Positions 1 through 10,789 of a stretch of 32,446 bases of DNA are shown in pieces; position 1 is the first letter of the stretch, and the number at the start of each line of letters is the position of its first letter. The translations under genes and the position numbers were made by a program. The notes beneath the pieces are model-generated. The model saw nothing but the letters and a program-made list of their open reading frames with translations. It had not been told where the DNA came from and made no database searches. Where the stretch lies: the NCBI RefSeq assembly GCF_001194135.2, contig NC_068993.1:32316358-32348803 (forward strand), in the 5' to 3' direction. The DNA comes from Octopus bimaculoides (lineage: Eukaryota).

Positions 1-234
1 TATATAAGCGCACACACACATATGCGTGTGTGTTTTAATATTTCGCTTCGGCATTCCAAGACTAATAACCCTGGTAGAACTCAATACACATGTTTCAGAA
101 CGAAGTGTTAACCGAGTACAGAGCGGTGATGGTAATAAGGAAGAGAGATTACAAAAGCAAAAGTGATTATCTTATGGACTTCATTAACTTACAACCGTTT
201 CTGCTATAAGATGTAATGATCTCACAGTTGAGTG

Positions 235-348
235 CCTGAATAACACCCTATAACTCCACTGGAACCTAGCCTCGAATATGAAGTGCAATTGAAGTTGCAC
301 TTTCTATTCGAGGGTAAGCTTCGATGAAGTTATAAAGTGTTATTCAGG
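235..348. mobile_element. Fold-back MITE-like element (54-bp arms, 6-nt loop)
   Basis: 235-288 (CCTGAATAACACCCTATAAC...AAGTGCAA) is the reverse complement of 295-348 at 43/54 positions. The right flank is TA and the left is TG, compatible with a decayed TA target duplication (Tc1/mariner-type MITE). Confidence 0.75.
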
Positions 349-494
349 TATACATTTATGAGCTGTACTGCATCTAATGAAGTTCATAAGATAATCATTT
401 ATTCCTTTGTCATCTTCCTTTCTTATATACATATAAGTGCAGATTCCAGGGTAGGTGAGTAAAATATAAATGAGTAACAAAGATGTATAAGTGT

Positions 495-581
495 CAATGC
501 ATTACGGCCGTTTCGAGCGACTCCTTTAATCAATCAAGCATTACGTCATTACAAAGAAAACCGTTCTCATCAGATGACCGC
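495..581 (-). ncRNA. Type I minimal hammerhead ribozyme-like motif, intact core
   Basis: Minus strand: CUGAUGA (573-567); helix II GAACGGUU / AGUCGCUC with a long loop; GAAA (514-511); C-GGCC-GUA, i.e. 2-bp helix III with palindromic loop and GUA triplet (505-503); helix I GCGGUCAU / AUG(C)AUUG. Confidence 0.65.
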
Positions 582-1035
582 TTAGACTTCAAGCATAAAG
601 GACAAGTTAGATATTTAAATATATATCGTCAATAGAAAGCAAATATTTACAATGATTCTGCTGCTAAAATTTTTTGGCAGAATGAATAAAGGACAGTACA
701 GCGACAGGCAAGCCAGAAATTAGCATAGGCTACAGTGGGGATCACGTAATCTACACATCGAAGACAATAGGGAGAATGTAATCTTCAAAACATCTAAAAT
801 TAGATCTTTAGGGAGTTATAAATTAATTCGTATCATGACAAACCGTTAACGGTCAATCGTGATTAGTGGGTAAGTTGGGGGTTTCTACTTCCACTTTCTA
901 GCAAGCTGGAGCTTCATGTACCCTCTAATATAATTATAACTTTATTCTATAACTGTTTAATGCTAATATCGCTTGATGCCACTAATTTTATTATTGTTGT
1001 TATTATCAACTATTTAGATTTGCCAGTCTATAATG

Positions 1036-1036
<1 letters not shown>

Positions 1037-1101
<65 letters not shown>
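1037..1101. repeat. (AAT)n microsatellite
   Basis: Direct reading; produces the poly-N ORF 960-1181. Confidence 0.95.
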
Positions 1102-2046
1102 TCATTACGAGTATTTATTTGAATATTCACTCACTTTTACATATATATATACAGACCTCAACTAATTTAAGGATAATGTAAAATAAGGTTTTTGACTTGA
1201 GATGCATGTTATACCGCGGTGCTTGTTGACCTCTTTCACAAATATATATATATNNNNNNNNNNNNNNNNNNNNNNNNNNNNNNNNNNNNNNNNNNNNNNN
1301 NNNNNNNNNNNNNNNNNNNNNNNNNNNNNNNNNNNNNNNNNNNNNNNNNNNNNNNNNNNNNNNNNNNNNNNNNNNNNNNNNNNNNNNNNNNNNNNNNNNN
1401 NNNNNNNNNNNNNNNNNNNNNNNNNNNNNNNNNNNNNNNNNNNNNNNNNNNNNNNNNNNNNNNNNNNNNNNNNNNNNNNNNNNNNNNNNNNNNNNNNNNN
1501 NNNNNNNNNNNNNNNNNNNNNNNNNNNNNNNNNNNNNNNNNNNNNNNNNNNNNNNNNNNNNNNNNNNNNNNNNNNNNNNNNNNNNNNNNNNNNNNNNNNN
1601 NNNNNNNNNNNNNNNNNNNNNNNNNNNNNNNNNNNNNNNNNNNNNNNNNNNNNNNNNNNNNNNNNNNNNNNNNNNNNNNNNNNNNNNNNNNNNNNNNNNN
1701 NNNNNNNNNNNNNNNNNNNNNNNNNNNNNNNNNNNNNNNNNNNNNNNNNNNNNNNNNNNNNNNNNNNNNNNNNNNNNNNNNNNNNNNNNNNNNNNNNNNN
1801 NNNNNNNNNNNNNNNNNNNNNNNNNNNNNNNNNNNNNNNNNNNNNNNNNNNNNNNNNNNNNNNNNNNNNATAGGTATAAATTAGAGGTGTTTAAAACCTC
1901 TAAGGGATGGTTAAATCCAATGGCGCTTTTGGTGATTACCTCCGTAGGTACAGTCCTTAGTAAAAGGTATACGGTAGCAGGTAATTCAGCGGGTAAACCG
2001 TAGTTTAAATTATATGCATTTATATATATATATATATTTGTATATA

Positions 2047-2074
2047 CTAGCTGGTGTACCCAGTAATTTCCGGG
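2047..2074 (-). mobile_element. Helitron 3' terminus (hairpin + CTAG|T); 5' boundary not resolved
   Basis: Minus strand reads CCCGG-AAATTA-CTGGG (hairpin), 8-nt spacer TACACCAG, CTAG, then T. This is the canonical Helitron 3' end. Confidence 0.6.
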
Positions 2075-2729
2075 AGTAAAAATGTTCGATTGAAACGCTT
2101 TATTACTCTGATATAAGAAAGTAATTTCATTATAACTGCCACAAAAGGTGCATTTTCCGTCACGAAAAAGTACAAAAACTGTCAGCTGGAGGAAGGAGAG
2201 GTTGTTGGAGGTTGGCGAGAGGCAAAGACATTATTCTGCTTAGCGAAGGCATCTGGGAAATGTATAACTGCTGTCATTTACAGAAAAAACTATTGTTTTA
2301 CCGTGAGAAAAGCGCTGTTGAAGTATTAAGTGAAATTTGGCAATCGAGGATCGAATCCACGTTATGCCTGCATGAAGCTACTACAAATGCGTTGTGGAAT
2401 AAAACATTTATCTACTGTGTGTGTGTGTGTGTGTGTGTTCAGCTTATGGAACATCTGAATGTTTCTGGGTCTACTCGATTTTTCAGCCAAAGGATTCCAA
2501 GAAACCGTGCTAGAAGTAGCAGTTGTTCACGAGGGGTTGGATATAAATGAAACGAACATGGGAAATTAAGCAAGCGTGTTTATATAGAACTGAACAGTTC
2601 CAGTTTTGCTGAGAAAGTGAAATACCTCCAGATTGTTTGACTAGTAATGATATTAACATAGAATATTCAATATGTTCAGAGAGCAATTTATATACACATA
2701 CATACGTACATACATACATACATACAAAC

Positions 2730-2731
2730 AC

Positions 2732-2766
<35 letters not shown>

Positions 2767-2767
2767 C

Positions 2768-2836
<69 letters not shown>
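2730..2836. repeat. Compound (CAGA)n/(GATA)n microsatellite
   Basis: Direct reading. Confidence 0.95.
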
Positions 2837-3422
2837 GACATATAAGCATGCGTGCATACATATATGTGTATATAAGGAAGAGAGAGAGAGGGAGAGAGAG
2901 AGAGAAGTGGGGGAGAAGAGGAAAGATCGGCAGAAAGGAAAACAAAATACAATCGATTTTGTTTGAAGGCATACCACATAAAGGCATAATTTGTTAACTG
3001 CATAACATTTCGAAATACTGAACGTTTTAGCATCAAATCTTTGTAAAATTGATAAGTTAATTGTAGTTACAGAGCAGCAGGACAACGTGAATACGCGAAG
3101 CGAGCATCTTAGACCCTGTTTGCATCTCTATCCTTAGTTGCCGATGAATGCTCCCATCTCCTATTAGCATAATATTGGAAGAAGTGTAAACATGGTATAA
3201 GATGTAGGATAAACTGCCCAAATGGTTCTCTTTAGAGAAATCCCTATCCCTACTAATCTACTCTCGTTATGCCGGTAACATAAACATTGTGATTAAAGCC
3301 ACTGTACGAAAGAAATCTGGAAAATAACAGCATACTATGGAAAACATCCGGCAGATAGCAAACTCCATCCGCGAAAGCATTAAAGTTACCATTCATTGCC
3401 CATCCAAACACGCTCTGCTGGC

Positions 3423-3542
3423 GGGGAGATGAATCGCTGCTATCTCTAGCGATCGAGCGTCCATCATTGACAACACCAAGGAAGGTCGAAATTACGTTAT
3501 CTGATTATTTCGGCGCTGGAGGTGGCGGGGATTTATCTCCCC
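3423..3542 (+). mobile_element. 120-bp hairpin element with a decayed hammerhead core in its loop
   Basis: Arms GGGGAGATGAATCGCTGCTATCTCTAGCG and the reverse complement of 3514-3542 match at 23/29. Loop: ATCA-TTGACAA(3467-3473)-CACC-AAGGAA-GGTC-GAAA(3488-3491)-TTACGTT-ATC|TGAT. Followed by TTTAAC. Confidence 0.6.
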
Positions 3543-4876
3543 TTTAACAATATAAACAAAAGTGCATTTTGCACCAAAAGCCAATATGAGAGTTTCTCTC
3601 ATGTTATCTATCGCAGTACAGTTTGTTCTAACAGAACATCCACGTTAAGTGCGGTTAAATATACTTCTCGGTGTTAATGCTCCCTCTGTCGCTAATAGAT
3701 ATTTCCTAATACAAGACTACCCGTTCCTGATACGGAATTATGGCTAAAAATTTCAACTAAGATGAAACAAATTCTCTACTCGCATTAAATGAAACCCATA
3801 GCCACTATGTACCTGGTCCTCCACCTACCTGCTATGTTAACAAATGCAAACATAAAAGCTTTAATAAAAGACCTTGTGATGACCAGGAGAAACGTATTTC
3901 GTGAGTCCATCCTGCAAACAGAGAAAGCATGTATAGGATTTCATCCACTTTACGCAATTGTCTGGATGAAACTAATGAGATCGGATCAGAGAATATAAAG
4001 GGGTCATAAAAAAAATTGAAATCATCCTCAGCAACGATGCTAATTGGAAAGTGATACATGTACCGGAACAGATTCTGGAACAAACTAATATGAAAAGGTA
4101 AAGATTAGAGAAGAAAAATTCTTGGTAAGATAACAACAAATTGCAAAGTTCGATGTTTATCGGGATTACATTCAGAGTGAAACGGTCAACAAATTTAGGA
4201 AAGTGCAACATAAAACAAAATTGAAAATCGATGTAAGAGAAAAACATGCAGTTTCATCGAGTCTGTATTGTGTAAGTTATATTTATTTAAAAAAAAAAAG
4301 ACTTTGACCACAAATCCTGTGTGAGCACAACCAACCCTTAGATTAGCTGCCAAGCAAGAAATATATAGCACATGACATGCATGAAAAAGCATTGAAAGGA
4401 TACAATCAGAACCTTTATAGAAGAGGCTTCTGCAGTATAGGAGGAAGGATTGCAGAATACTAGTGAAAGTACAATGAAACATAGGAACATCCATACTTTA
4501 TAGAATAGACCTACAGAAACACAAAAAATGCTAACGTAAAAGTTCTTTCCACAAGAGACCCGAAAATTAAGGCAGATTACAGGAGCTGCACGAATAAAGG
4601 GAACAAATATAGACACACATTCACATACACACACCTAGTTAGAAGAATGAATGAAATAACAACACTCTCCTTAACTACAACCTTCCACTACAATAATACA
4701 AAAATAAAGACGAAAAAAAACTAAATCATCTAAAGTGACCTATTGTACACGCGCACATAACCCCCCTACACACACACATGTTCTTATGTGAACAATAAAA
4801 GAAGCAAAAATGAACTAAAAACTAAAACTAAAGAAGGTCATTGACGCACACTTTTGCCAGTGAGATATAACATAAC

Positions 4877-5038
4877 AGCACAGGCATGGCTGTGTGATAA
4901 GTAGCTTGCTTCCAAACCACATGGTTCTGGATTCTGTCCAACTGCGTGGCACTTTAGGCAAGTGTCTTCTACTACAGCCTCGAGCCGACCAAAGCTTTGT
5001 GTGTGGATTTGGTAGACAGAAACTGAAAAAACCCCGTC

Positions 5039-5131
<93 letters not shown>
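4877..5131 (+). mobile_element. tRNA-derived SINE family A, 5' module plus (GT)n
   Basis: AGCACAGGCATGGCTGTGTGATAAG...GGTTCTGGATTC...TTTAGGCAAGTGTCTTC...GGATTTGGTAGACAGAAACTGAA. Homologous copies at 9065, 12385-12546 (-) and 20224. Confidence 0.85.
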
Positions 5132-5136
<5 letters not shown>

Positions 5137-5139
5137 GTA

Positions 5140-5596
5140 TGACTGGACTACCAAAAAGCTTTTGATTGCATACCTCATGAGTGGAATATCAAGGCACTGG
5201 CAATAAGCCAAATTACCACCACCACTAATAGCTGCCGTCTACCACCAGACCAAAATTTAGTACACCCACTGCTTCATAAAGGCTACAATGAAGACATCTA
5301 ATCTGACATCATACACTACCAAAAAGGCATCCTTCAATGCGATAGCTTGTACTCTCACTGATCCCCAAGTCATAACTATCACAGAATACAATAGCTATAG
5401 GAGTGGGTGCAGCAACATCTCTTATTTTTTCGTTGTTATGATCTGAAGTTGTATAGGGCAAGAATTAACAACACTCCAAAAAAAAAAGAAGCTGAACTTA
5501 TAATCCAATTCTTCAAAGACACTAGAATTAAATTTGGTGAGTCCAAATGTGCATTTCTGGAGATAAAACGAAATAAACGTGTGCCCTCATCCAAGA

Positions 5597-5635
<39 letters not shown>

Positions 5636-5692
5636 NNNNNNNNNNNNNNNNNNNNNNNNNNNNNNNNNNNNNNNNNNNNNNNNNNNNNNNNN

Positions 5693-5730
<38 letters not shown>

Positions 5731-7202
5731 AGCCTCTGCTCTCTGGTCAAAGCTACAATTATCTTAGACAGTGTGAGAAAGTCAACTTCGACGGACCCAT
5801 CAATAAGAAGCCAAGGAATGTCAAGAGAGCAAAAATAAAATATGGCCATCTGAACTCTCAGCTTACAACAAGTATATCGCCCACAATACCTTTGCAGTGC
5901 ATGTCGGCGCTCACATTTGGCCTTCTTAATTGGTCACTACAACTCAGAAAGATAGATGTACAAACTCGCAAACTAATCAGTTGTTACTTCAGCACCAATG
6001 AAGATGTAAACAGGCTATAGTTTCTACGCAAAGATGTTGGCCGTGGTCTCAAATCTGTATCGATGTCATATGAAGCACACATTGCGGCATTGAAGCTACA
6101 CCTGCTGCAAAGAAAAGAGATCAGTAACTATTTTTCTCAAGTTTTTGACCATGAAATCAACAAGATAATTAGGATAGCTAATGAACTTCAGGAGAGCATG
6201 AAATAAGAGCTGATACAGACCTCTCCCCAAGGAGCACTGGTAAATTCTATCTATCAACAGAACAAATTAAAGTAGTACATGGATATTTGGCACAGAAAAT
6301 AAAAGTTAGAGAAGGATTTGACCATATCAAGAGATATGCTCTGGGATACCGTCATGCCATTCAAGAACAAGAGATCTCCACCAAGTACCTACAGCATAAA
6401 AGACAGAAAAAGTTGACAGACAACAGATGTAGACCGTGCAAAACTAAAACTGAAGCCATCAACCACACTATGTCAACTGCGAGAGAATGTTCTCTAAATA
6501 TTATCTTCCCGTAACGCATGATACGCTGGCCAGAGCAGCCAGGAACAAGATAACAAAAAATAAAAATACCTACAGACGAAGTTGACTATATTGAGACCAT
6601 TGGTGAAACTTAAAAATTAAAACAGCCACCAAGTTAAAACATAACATAATGTTGTGTGGGACCACAAGGAAAATAGCTTTGTTGCGGAAATCAACTTCCC
6701 GCTGAACACCAATGTGATCAGAATGCAGAAGAAAGAAGTGGACGTCTATGGACCACCAGTAAAGCGTTTGCAAATCCAGTATCCAAGATACACTTTCAGT
6801 TTCATACCTATAATTATTTATTTGAAATTTTTGGCACAAGGCCAGCAATTTCAAAGAAGTGGCTAAGTTGATCACATCGACCCCAGTACTCAACTGGTAC
6901 TTATTTTATCGACCCCAAAAGGATGGAAGGTAAAGTTGACCACGGTAGAATTTGAACTCAACGTGAAGGCGGACGAAATACTGCTAAGCATTTCGTCCGG
7001 CATGCCAACGATTCAGGCATCTCGCCATCATGCTTCATACCTATAACTATTGGAAGCAACTTGGTACTTACCAACCCGTCTGGAGCAAAGTATGACTGCA
7101 CTTGGGTTCTTAGGGAAGGAAGGCAACTCCTTAATTAATAGACAGCACATGATATCTGGGACAATAATGTTCTGTAAGACTTTCTTAAGATTTAAAAGAT
7201 GA
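5140..7202 (+). pseudogene. 5'-truncated, decayed R4/Dong-clade non-LTR retrotransposon (RT, CCHC finger, restriction-like endonuclease)
   Basis: Read across frameshifts and stops: LDYQKAFDCIPHEW (from 5143), KGILQCDSL, HLLF..DLKLY, KFGESKCAF, SELSAYNKYIAHNTFAV, FGLLNWS..IDVQTRKL, RL*FLRKDVGRGL, AIQEQEISTKYL, CRPCKTKTEAINH..NC..KYYLPVTHD, WDHKENSFVAEINFPLNTN, YPRYTFSFIPI / TIG..LGF..CKTFLRFKR* (stop 7200-7202). This motif order is typical of R4-clade RLE elements. Confidence 0.85.
6814..7033 (-). mobile_element. tRNA-derived SINE family B, full length, 13-bp TSD, nested in the R4 relic
   Basis: Minus strand GGCGAGATGCCTGAATCG...TTGAGTTCAAATTC...GGGGTCGATAAAATAAGTACCAG...AAATAAATAA tail. TTCATACCTATAA occurs at both 6801-6813 and 7034-7046. 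Confidence 0.9.
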
Positions 7203-7827
7203 CAAACAAAGCAAAATGTTTCCCTTTACAATCTTGCTACCAAGCAGGTAACAAGTCAAGATTAACTCTAAATTTAGAAGAGAAAAAGAAAACATACAAT
7301 ATAAATACAATACATAGATACATACACACGTACAAACATACACACATACACACATACATACATAGGTACCTGCACATGCACATGCACATACACACACATA
7401 CATGTATACATGCACAAATATACGTATACATATATATGCATACAAACATACATACTTACACATACATGTACACACACCCAATATAAATACACACACACAC
7501 ACATACATACATGCATACATACATCCTCACTCACTAGAAACCCAAAGCATTACCATGTCCTCCGTGTTTATTCATTTCCGCCATGTTATTAAAGATATCA
7601 ACTTCTCTCTCTCTCTCTCTCTTTCTCCTTTGCTCTTAATGCTTAACCGTCTTTTCCATTCTCCTCATCCCCCCCTCTTCGTCCTCTCTATTTTCTTTTT
7701 TCATTCCTCTTTACGTTTACATTAGCCCAGTTGTCTTTCACACCATCTTTCAAACTGATTTTTCTCTTACTCCATCCTCTCTTTCGCATCCCCCCCACGT
7801 CTCACTTACTTACATGCGCGCGCGCAT

Positions 7828-7863
<36 letters not shown>

Positions 7864-8033
7864 TTTTTCTCATTCATTCTCTTGTTTTCACTCTTTCTCT
7901 TTCTCTCTCGTTTTCTCTCTTTTTATCTTTCTTTCTCTCTCCCCCTCTCTCTCCCCTCTTTCTCTCTTCTCTCCCTCTCTCTTTCTATCCATCTATCTAA
8001 ATTTGTTTTTCTTACTCTTTCAAAATCTTTCGG

Positions 8034-8034
8034 T

Positions 8035-8072
<38 letters not shown>

Positions 8073-8081
8073 CTACTACTA

Positions 8082-8118
<37 letters not shown>

Positions 8119-8220
8119 AGCTGCTACTGCTTTTGCTGCTGTTTCTACCACAATTACCAATTCCATCATGGCATCACCACCACCACCACCATCATCATCA
8201 TCATCGTCATCATCATCATC
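8034..8220. repeat. Trinucleotide cluster (TAC)n-(TGC)n-(CAC)n-(CAT)n
   Basis: Direct reading; source of homopolymeric ORFs. Confidence 0.9.
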
Positions 8221-8417
8221 AAAACCATGGTAGTGACCACCAATACACCAACTTCAATACACGCACACACACACTATGACTGAGCTACTGATTCCAACAA
8301 CTTCATGGCCACCACCCACAACTCCCCACTTATCACCTATCAACTTGACCCCAGGAAGTCGTTGGTGGAGATGTCACAAAAATGTTTGTGTTTGTATAAG
8401 AGTGTATAAGCATCTGC

Positions 8418-8458
<41 letters not shown>

Positions 8459-9064
8459 TTCACACATTTCTCTGTAAGTGTGTCCGCGTGTGTTTATGTG
8501 TATGTGTGTGTGCCTGCGCATTTGTGTGCATGCTTATGTGTCTACTCATTTGTGTGTATGTGTATGTCTCTACGTGTGTTCTTGTGTGTCTCTGTGTGTA
8601 TGCATCCACGACTTTGTAGGTTTGTGTGCATACGTGCGTGAGTATGTGTATGTGTCGGTCTGTGTATGCGTTTCTAAGTCTGTTGGTCTATATGTGAGTG
8701 CTCTTGTGTGTATGGATGAGTATGTGAGTGCGTGTTCTGTCTCGGCAGTGGCCATGTGTCTAATCTCATCCCCGTATTCCTTACCGACTTCTTAAATTAA
8801 CAGTGAGTAGTCGATAACGCGCACACACACATACACACATGCACACGCACGCGCACACACATACACACACACGAATATACGCACACACTCACACACATAC
8901 AAATACACACAGACGAACACACATACACACATACGAACTCACACACACACACACACACACACACTTGAACACACAAACGCACACAAACCTCCCACATACA
9001 CACGTAAACACACACGTACAAACACGCACACACGTGCATCTATACATTCGTGCAAATGGGTAAT

Positions 9065-9325
9065 GACACATCCGTGCAGTGTCGTTAAGAAAATCTCTTG
9101 GCAACCACGTGATTTCGGGCTCCCAACTGTGGCGGCAATGTTATCTACTATAACTCCGGGCTCACCTTATGTGTGAATTTGGTAGGCGGAAACTGCATGA
9201 AAACCCGATCTGTGTGTGTGTGGATACTATGGTTGCTTTGTTCGACTAAACCCTTCAAAGTGTGGCCCAAGCATGACCGTTGTCCAGTGAATGAAACAAA
9301 TAAAATATATAAGAAAAGATAAAAT
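9065..9325 (+). mobile_element. Diverged composite SINE A (5' module, short GT tract, 3' module)
   Basis: ...GAATTTGGTAGGCGGAAACTG...TGTGTGTGTG...TTCGACTAAACCCTTCAAAG...GCATGACCG...TGAAACAAATAAAA resembles the copies at 4877, 12146 and 20224. Confidence 0.65.
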
Positions 9326-9340
9326 ACATACATATAAACC

Positions 9341-10540
9341 TAAGGTGCCTAAGGTATTTGAGGAAAAATTTGTTCATATAAGCTAGATTGTCTTCTTTAT
9401 ACTCTTATTCAATGTAGTCATCTTCAACATCAGTAACTGCTTCTATGAGAGATCTGAATCGTCTACATGACGATTAAATGGTTCTGGTTCATATCGAGCA
9501 TTACGCTTGTTATGGCGACTTTCAAAGAATCCTTGATGTTACGGGGATGTTGATTAACTTCTCTCTCAACAACGCTCCACATATAATAGTCCAATGGATT
9601 GTGATCTGGTGAGTTTGGAGGCCAAATCTTAGGAGTTATGCGGTATGAACTTTAACAGCCATCCGCTCTTAGGTTGCTTGAGCATTATGTGATGGCGCAG
9701 AGACCTGCTGAAACACGTACGGTACTCCATTGTGTACTCTGTCTATACAGGGCTTGACAACTGTTTCCAAGGCCTCAGTGTATCCTGCAGAGTTAACTCT
9801 AAGGCTTTGTAGAAAGAAGTGAGGAGTTATCACATGTCCGTCATTACTGACAACTCCAAAAGCCATGACAGTTGTAGGAAATTTTCTGTGCGTAACTGTT
9901 GGAACTTCAGAAGGGTCTGAACGTAACCATCTGTCACTTTTCTGTTGATTCTCTGGTCCTGGTCAAAGTTTTTCTCATCCGAGAAAAACCAATTCATGCC
10001 ATGTTTTTCTGGGTTTTTAACTTTGTTTTTTTACAACTGATTGAACAGTTTTCCATTTTTTTTCCTGAGATGAATGAATTAACCTCTCCTCATCGCATAA
10101 GACTTGTGCCGGATCTCTTCATGGGCAACATTACTGATTGACCCTTCTGACACATGGGGATCTTTTGTTATTAACCTTATGAATATTTTGGGGCATTTCT
10201 GTCAGTGATTTCCTAAACTTTCTGAATAAATTAGGGTGTTCTAATGGTATCGGAGCGTTAGAAATGCTTTTTTTTTTATATATCGATCCTGGTGACACCT
10301 TTCCCTCTGAAGCTTCTAACTCCTTGCAAACAAGATCCGACGAGTTTTAAAAACTGAGCTATCTTTACATCACTGTGCCCAGCCTTTAAGGCCACAATTA
10401 CAGCACGCACCCACTCATTTCTTGGCGAAGCTGAGGGTCTGTCATTATTATTTTCTAAGACATAAATGACATAAAGCAAATTTAAAAACATTAATAACTC
10501 AAAAATGTCGTGTTCTCAAATAACCTGCGCACTCCGTATA
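9341..10540 (-). mobile_element. Near full-length decayed Tc1/mariner DD37D (maT-type) transposon
   Basis: Minus-strand translation across frameshifts: VRAVIVALKAGHSD, RSDTIRTP, WFFSDEKNFDQDQ, VMAFGVVSNDGHVITPHFF, YVFQQ(V)SAPSH, WPPNSPDHNPLDYYMWS, ..DYIE* (stop 9405-9407). D2-D3 spacing is 37 codons allowing one 1-nt deletion. Degenerate TIRs: TAAGGTGCCTAAGGTATTTGAG at 9341 versus TACGGAGTGCGCAGGTTATTTGAG read inward from about 10540. Confidence 0.85.
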
Positions 10541-10789
10541 TATATATATATATATATATATNNNNNNNNNNNNNNNNNNNNNNNNNNNNNNNNNNNNNNN
10601 NNNNNNNNNTATATATACATATATATATATATATATATAAGCAAAAATACTAGTTCTAAAATCTCTCTGTAAGAGATCAACGCAGTAGTTGTACTAACAA
10701 GTAATATTCGTAGCCACTTCAACACGGCTGTCCGTTCGAACGGACTTTACTGCGATTTTTTAACCTCAAGAAGATATCTCTTCTAGCTA

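Noticed and set aside
1881-2003. 8-bp hairpin TTAGAGGT/ACCTCTAA and a 46-codon open minus frame with an ACCCGCTGAATT match to 28S rRNA
   Set aside because: The match is only about 12 nt, there are no convincing splice sites, and no protein family is recognised.
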